Part shown: piece by piece, positions 60,560 to 64,000 of the stretch | How the letters are laid out: every line of letters begins with the position of its first letter | Position numbering within the stretch: position 1 is the first letter of the stretch | From: Octopus bimaculoides | Taxonomy: Eukaryota | Length of the DNA: 64,000 nucleotides | Reading direction: 5' to 3' | NCBI RefSeq assembly: GCF_001194135.2 | Contig: NC_068991.1 | Span: 43,179,028-43,243,027 of the forward strand | Translations under genes and position numbers: made by a program | The notes under the pieces: model-generated | The model's input: only the letters and a program-made list of their open reading frames with translations | What the model was told of the DNA's origin: nothing | The model's database searches: none

Positions 60560-61080
60560 CAGGGAGAACCATATCTCTCTCTGGTACACCTAAGTAAGCA
60601 AAGCTGTTGAGAGTTAAGTATATATCCATGACTATTGCTCAGCACAAATGCTGGAATACACACTGTCGAGTCTTTTGTTGACCACAACCTAATGCTTAGT
60701 GATCCAATTCATAATGAAATATTGTAGTCATTATGCCTTGTTAGGTAAAAGTAAGATATTTTCTGTTGGAATATTATGAAGACATCATGAATGAGAGATG
60801 TCAACTATCTCAACCAAATCAAGATTCTCAGGAATAGATATCAACAAAAGAAACTTGAAGGAACTCCTCAAATAGTGACTATCTCTAAATATGACCCTCC
60901 TCAAATAACAACTCAATCTCCATCAACAAGCTCCTTTTAAAACCTTTTTTTGGACGTAAGTCTGTAGAGCAGACTTATGTCCAAGATGTACTCTATAACA
61001 GTAAGACATTCACAGGAGTAAGGTGACATTTAGTATGAGTATTTTAACCCAAAATTACTCTTTAAACAGAATAGTTGTAA
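60560..61080 (-). mobile_element. Highly decayed LINE RT remnant
   Basis: Residual ..VVN.K.T.V and LNSFAYLG motifs on the minus strand only. Confidence 0.35.
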
Positions 61081-61129
61081 CAAGGTCAGGATAACAGAGC
61101 TTTCATTTTAATATGCATATTACTGTCTC

Positions 61130-61350
61130 ATAAGGTGGACAGCTTGCAGAATCTTTCACATGCTGGGCAAAATACTTAATGGCATTTCATCCATTTTTAT
61201 GCTCTAAGTTCAAATTCCGCTGAGGTCAACTTTGCCTTTCACCCCTTTCAGGGTTGACAAAATAAGTACCAGTTCAGCACTGGTGTCAATGTAATCAATG
61301 TACCACCTCCCCATAAATTACTAGCCTTGTACCAAAAATTTGAAACCAAT
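61130..61350 (+). mobile_element. SINE family B copy
   Basis: Same head and central motif as the other family B copies. Ends about 100 nt before the B3GAT exon. Confidence 0.85.
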
Positions 61351-61447
61351 ATACATGTTGCACTCTCTTCTCTCTAAAGTATTTAAATAAACAAATGAGT
61401 ATGGTTGCAATTGTATTCAACAAGGAAAATACTTTTTTTTTTTCCAG

Positions 61448-61534
61448 ATGCGTGATACTAAAGTGGTGTCAGTTTGGCCTGTAGGCTTGGTTGGTGGTCT
61501 TCGATATGAGAAACCCATAGTTGAAAATGGTAAG
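61448..61534 (+). CDS. B3GAT: B3GAT exon (87 nt): [29 protein letters not shown]
   Basis: Matches the GT43 motif [15 protein letters not shown]. Acceptor (t)nccag, donor GTAAGC, phase 0/0. Continues the previous exon as in the vertebrate FEE|MR boundary. Confidence 0.96.
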
Positions 61535-61989
61535 GTAAGCTGTAACTGGTTTAGGTAATGGATACAGAAAAAAGAAATCTTTAACAGATGACTATTTGAA
61601 GTATCATACCAAGTGTTTACAAAACTGGACTGTTTACATTCATGTGTTCTAATGCAGATACATGCATTGGATTTATATCAAGAAACAAGATAATGTAATT
61701 CACACATTTTAAAAAAATTATTTTTATAAATAATACTAAATAAATAGTAATAAAAGTAATAGAATGAAACCAAGTCACAGGCATTAACTTGCACTGCCAT
61801 ACACATCTCTTAACCACTAATTAATAGTCAAACAAATGTCTCACTTTTCATTTACATTACACAGCTTGCAATCTCTATGATTTTTCTAATTGCAGCTGGG
61901 TCTTATAGTTTTTTGCCAAGATTTCAACTAACTTTGCAGAATCTTTTTTTACCTGCTACTCCTCAACAAAGGTGGAACTGTAAGTAACA

Positions 61990-63080
61990 CTCCTTAGAGG
62001 AATCCACCTTATTTGCCTCTGTCTCCACACTGCATGTTCATACACAGAAAAACTGCTCCTACACAACTCCATCTCACAGCCACATATACAGTTTCTAAGT
62101 GCAAAAACTTCTCCAATCCCACCAACCCATCTAATCCTAACAGTGAATCTTCCATTTCTTCAAACAGTTTGCTTCGAAAAGTAACTCTTATCTTCACCAA
62201 ATACTTTAGTCTTCCTTTCTCTTCTTATTGCCATCTTTCTAAGCAAGTCAAAAGTGACAGAAACATTCTTAACACTTTAAGTCTTTTTCCCAGCTCATTG
62301 ACCATTTGTAGAATCAAATGTCTCTTCCTGACCTGTATTGCACATTAATTGATTCATGTACTTCAGTAAAAGTATAATTATTGCCCTTGATTTAGCAAAA
62401 CCTTCAACTGTGTCTGACATGAGAAATTGATAAGGTTGCCTGCCAATGAGCTACACTTGCCTACCTTGTTTTAGCCTGGAAGACTTTTTCTTTTTTGTCG
62501 AAGTTCTCTATGGTATCGTGCCTTGATGGATCTCTCTGCAGTCCACATTCTACCAATTTTGGTGTACCTTAGAATTTGATCACATCTCCCTCTTTTACTT
62601 CTAACTGTACTTCTAATTGCACATATTCCTTAGCATTTTATACAATAACATCATACACATGCAACCCTACTATTATACATGTCTACATTACAGAAACTTA
62701 GAAACATCCACCTACGATTTCAACAATACCAACATACAATTATTACATATATCAATGAAACATCTTGCACATAAACACACAGCTAAAACTCTGAAATATC
62801 TACAAATGCTAAGTTTCACCATCTCACTTGGTTTTCCATGACACATAAATATTGCTAAAACAGCATCCCAAAGACTTGTTTTCCCCCTTTCTGGCCAGAA
62901 AATACTTCATACCTGATTGGTTTCTGACTTTTTTAAAAGTCTAAATGTGATCCATAATAGTATACTGTTTATATATTTGAGATTATTCCATTACTATAGA
63001 CACAAACTTCTGAGACTGCTTAAAAAACACACTATCTGGTTGATTGGCAAAGACTCACTCATCAACGTATTTGCATCTGT
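61990..63080 (+). mobile_element. Decayed L2/CR1-like LINE RT remnant
   Basis: IALDLAKP.., ..LDGSLCSP...FGVP*, W..HI.IAKTASQRL motifs in broken frames. Confidence 0.55.
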
Positions 63081-63709
63081 GAATTGTAGTTGTACAGTGG
63101 GACTGAACTTGAAACCACATGGTTAGGCAGCAAACTTCTTAAGCATATACCTCTGCCCCTTTTACTAAATTGAAAACTGGATGCCATCATACTCCACCAT
63201 CTTTCATCGTGCTTAAAGTGTTGTTAGGATGAGATAGCCATCAGCTACGACAATTTATCTAAATGTTTGTCAAAATATCAAGCTTTATGAAATATTAGAT
63301 GCTTAAACATCTGACAGAAATTGTTAATATGATTATAATTTTTTTTTAAACCACTTATTTTGATTTTTAATTGAAAAAATGTTCAACATTTACATCATCA
63401 ATTAACTTATTCCTGGATGTGTGTAAAGTACCAGATCACATCAGTGACCTTGTGGTTTGGAATGTCATCACAATTAATTTAGAAGTAAAGGCTTTGAGTT
63501 TGAATCCAATCTGCAACTATACACATCCACAAATAAGACATCTCATGATGATTGGAGAACAAACCAAGTAAAATGTATTGTAGATGTAAATAGTATTTGT
63601 TTTTTTTTTGTCATCTAAAAAATGGTGTTATGCATGTTTGATGGAATATGAGTTTCTAAATATTTTACTTGTATAATACAATGATGTTAATTGTCAACTT
63701 TAGAGAGTA

Positions 63710-63800
63710 CTAGCAGAAATACCCGGCGTTGCCCGGGTTAAAGAGAATAATGAAATCTAAAAACGCCGTCTAGACTACGCATCATCTTTATATATAGAGA
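63710..63800 (-). mobile_element. 91-bp complete non-autonomous Helitron
   Basis: On the minus strand: 5' TCTCTATATATAAA, 3' hairpin ACCCGGGCAACGCCGGGT followed by ATTTCTG-CTAG. Inserted between A and T with no TSD. Confidence 0.85.
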
Positions 63801-64000
63801 TGTATATACACACACGCACCCAAACACACGTATATATATGTATATCAATATAAATATATGAAAGTCAATGAAGTTTCGTAAAAGAAGCTGATCATTTACA
63901 TACTTTCTTGCTGTTGTGATTATAACACCTCGTTGTAAACAATGTTCCTTGTTTTCCCTTGTGGAGCATATACAAATAGGGTTTTTTGCTGCCCACTCTT

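Overview
AT-rich, microsatellite-dense animal genomic DNA with nine assembly gaps. The repeat landscape suggests a cephalopod, most likely Octopus (inference). Two host genes lie head to head. On the minus strand is EGLN1/PHD2, the HIF prolyl hydroxylase: exon 1 at 30250-29360 and exon 2 at 9726-9607, separated by a 19.6-kb intron, with later exons not found in the window. On the plus strand is a GT43 beta-1,3-glucuronyltransferase (B3GAT family) with coding exons at 52071-52170, 54665-55182 and 61448-61534, continuing past the window end. Almost everything else is transposon-derived: Helitron and Helentron-type pieces, hAT, Merlin, several Tc1/mariner families (including DD36E and DD37D), MITEs, Gypsy remnants and a solo LTR, RTE, R4/Dong-like and L2/CR1-like LINEs, Penelope-like elements, and two abundant tRNA-derived SINE families. 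The strongest hunt results are: a minimal hammerhead ribozyme with a compensatory G3-C8 core (32121-32176, minus) beside an inverted duplication; a second, U3-A8 hammerhead-like motif; a Penelope-like element with a 190-codon Asn-rich linker; an aged inverted duplication inside a mariner whose mismatches are nearly all G-U on one strand; a pre-miRNA-sized hairpin in EGLN1 intron 1; and a 66-nt double-hairpin array in an RTE 3' UTR. All coordinates and translations were derived by hand. TE boundaries are approximate unless TIRs or TSDs are quoted.
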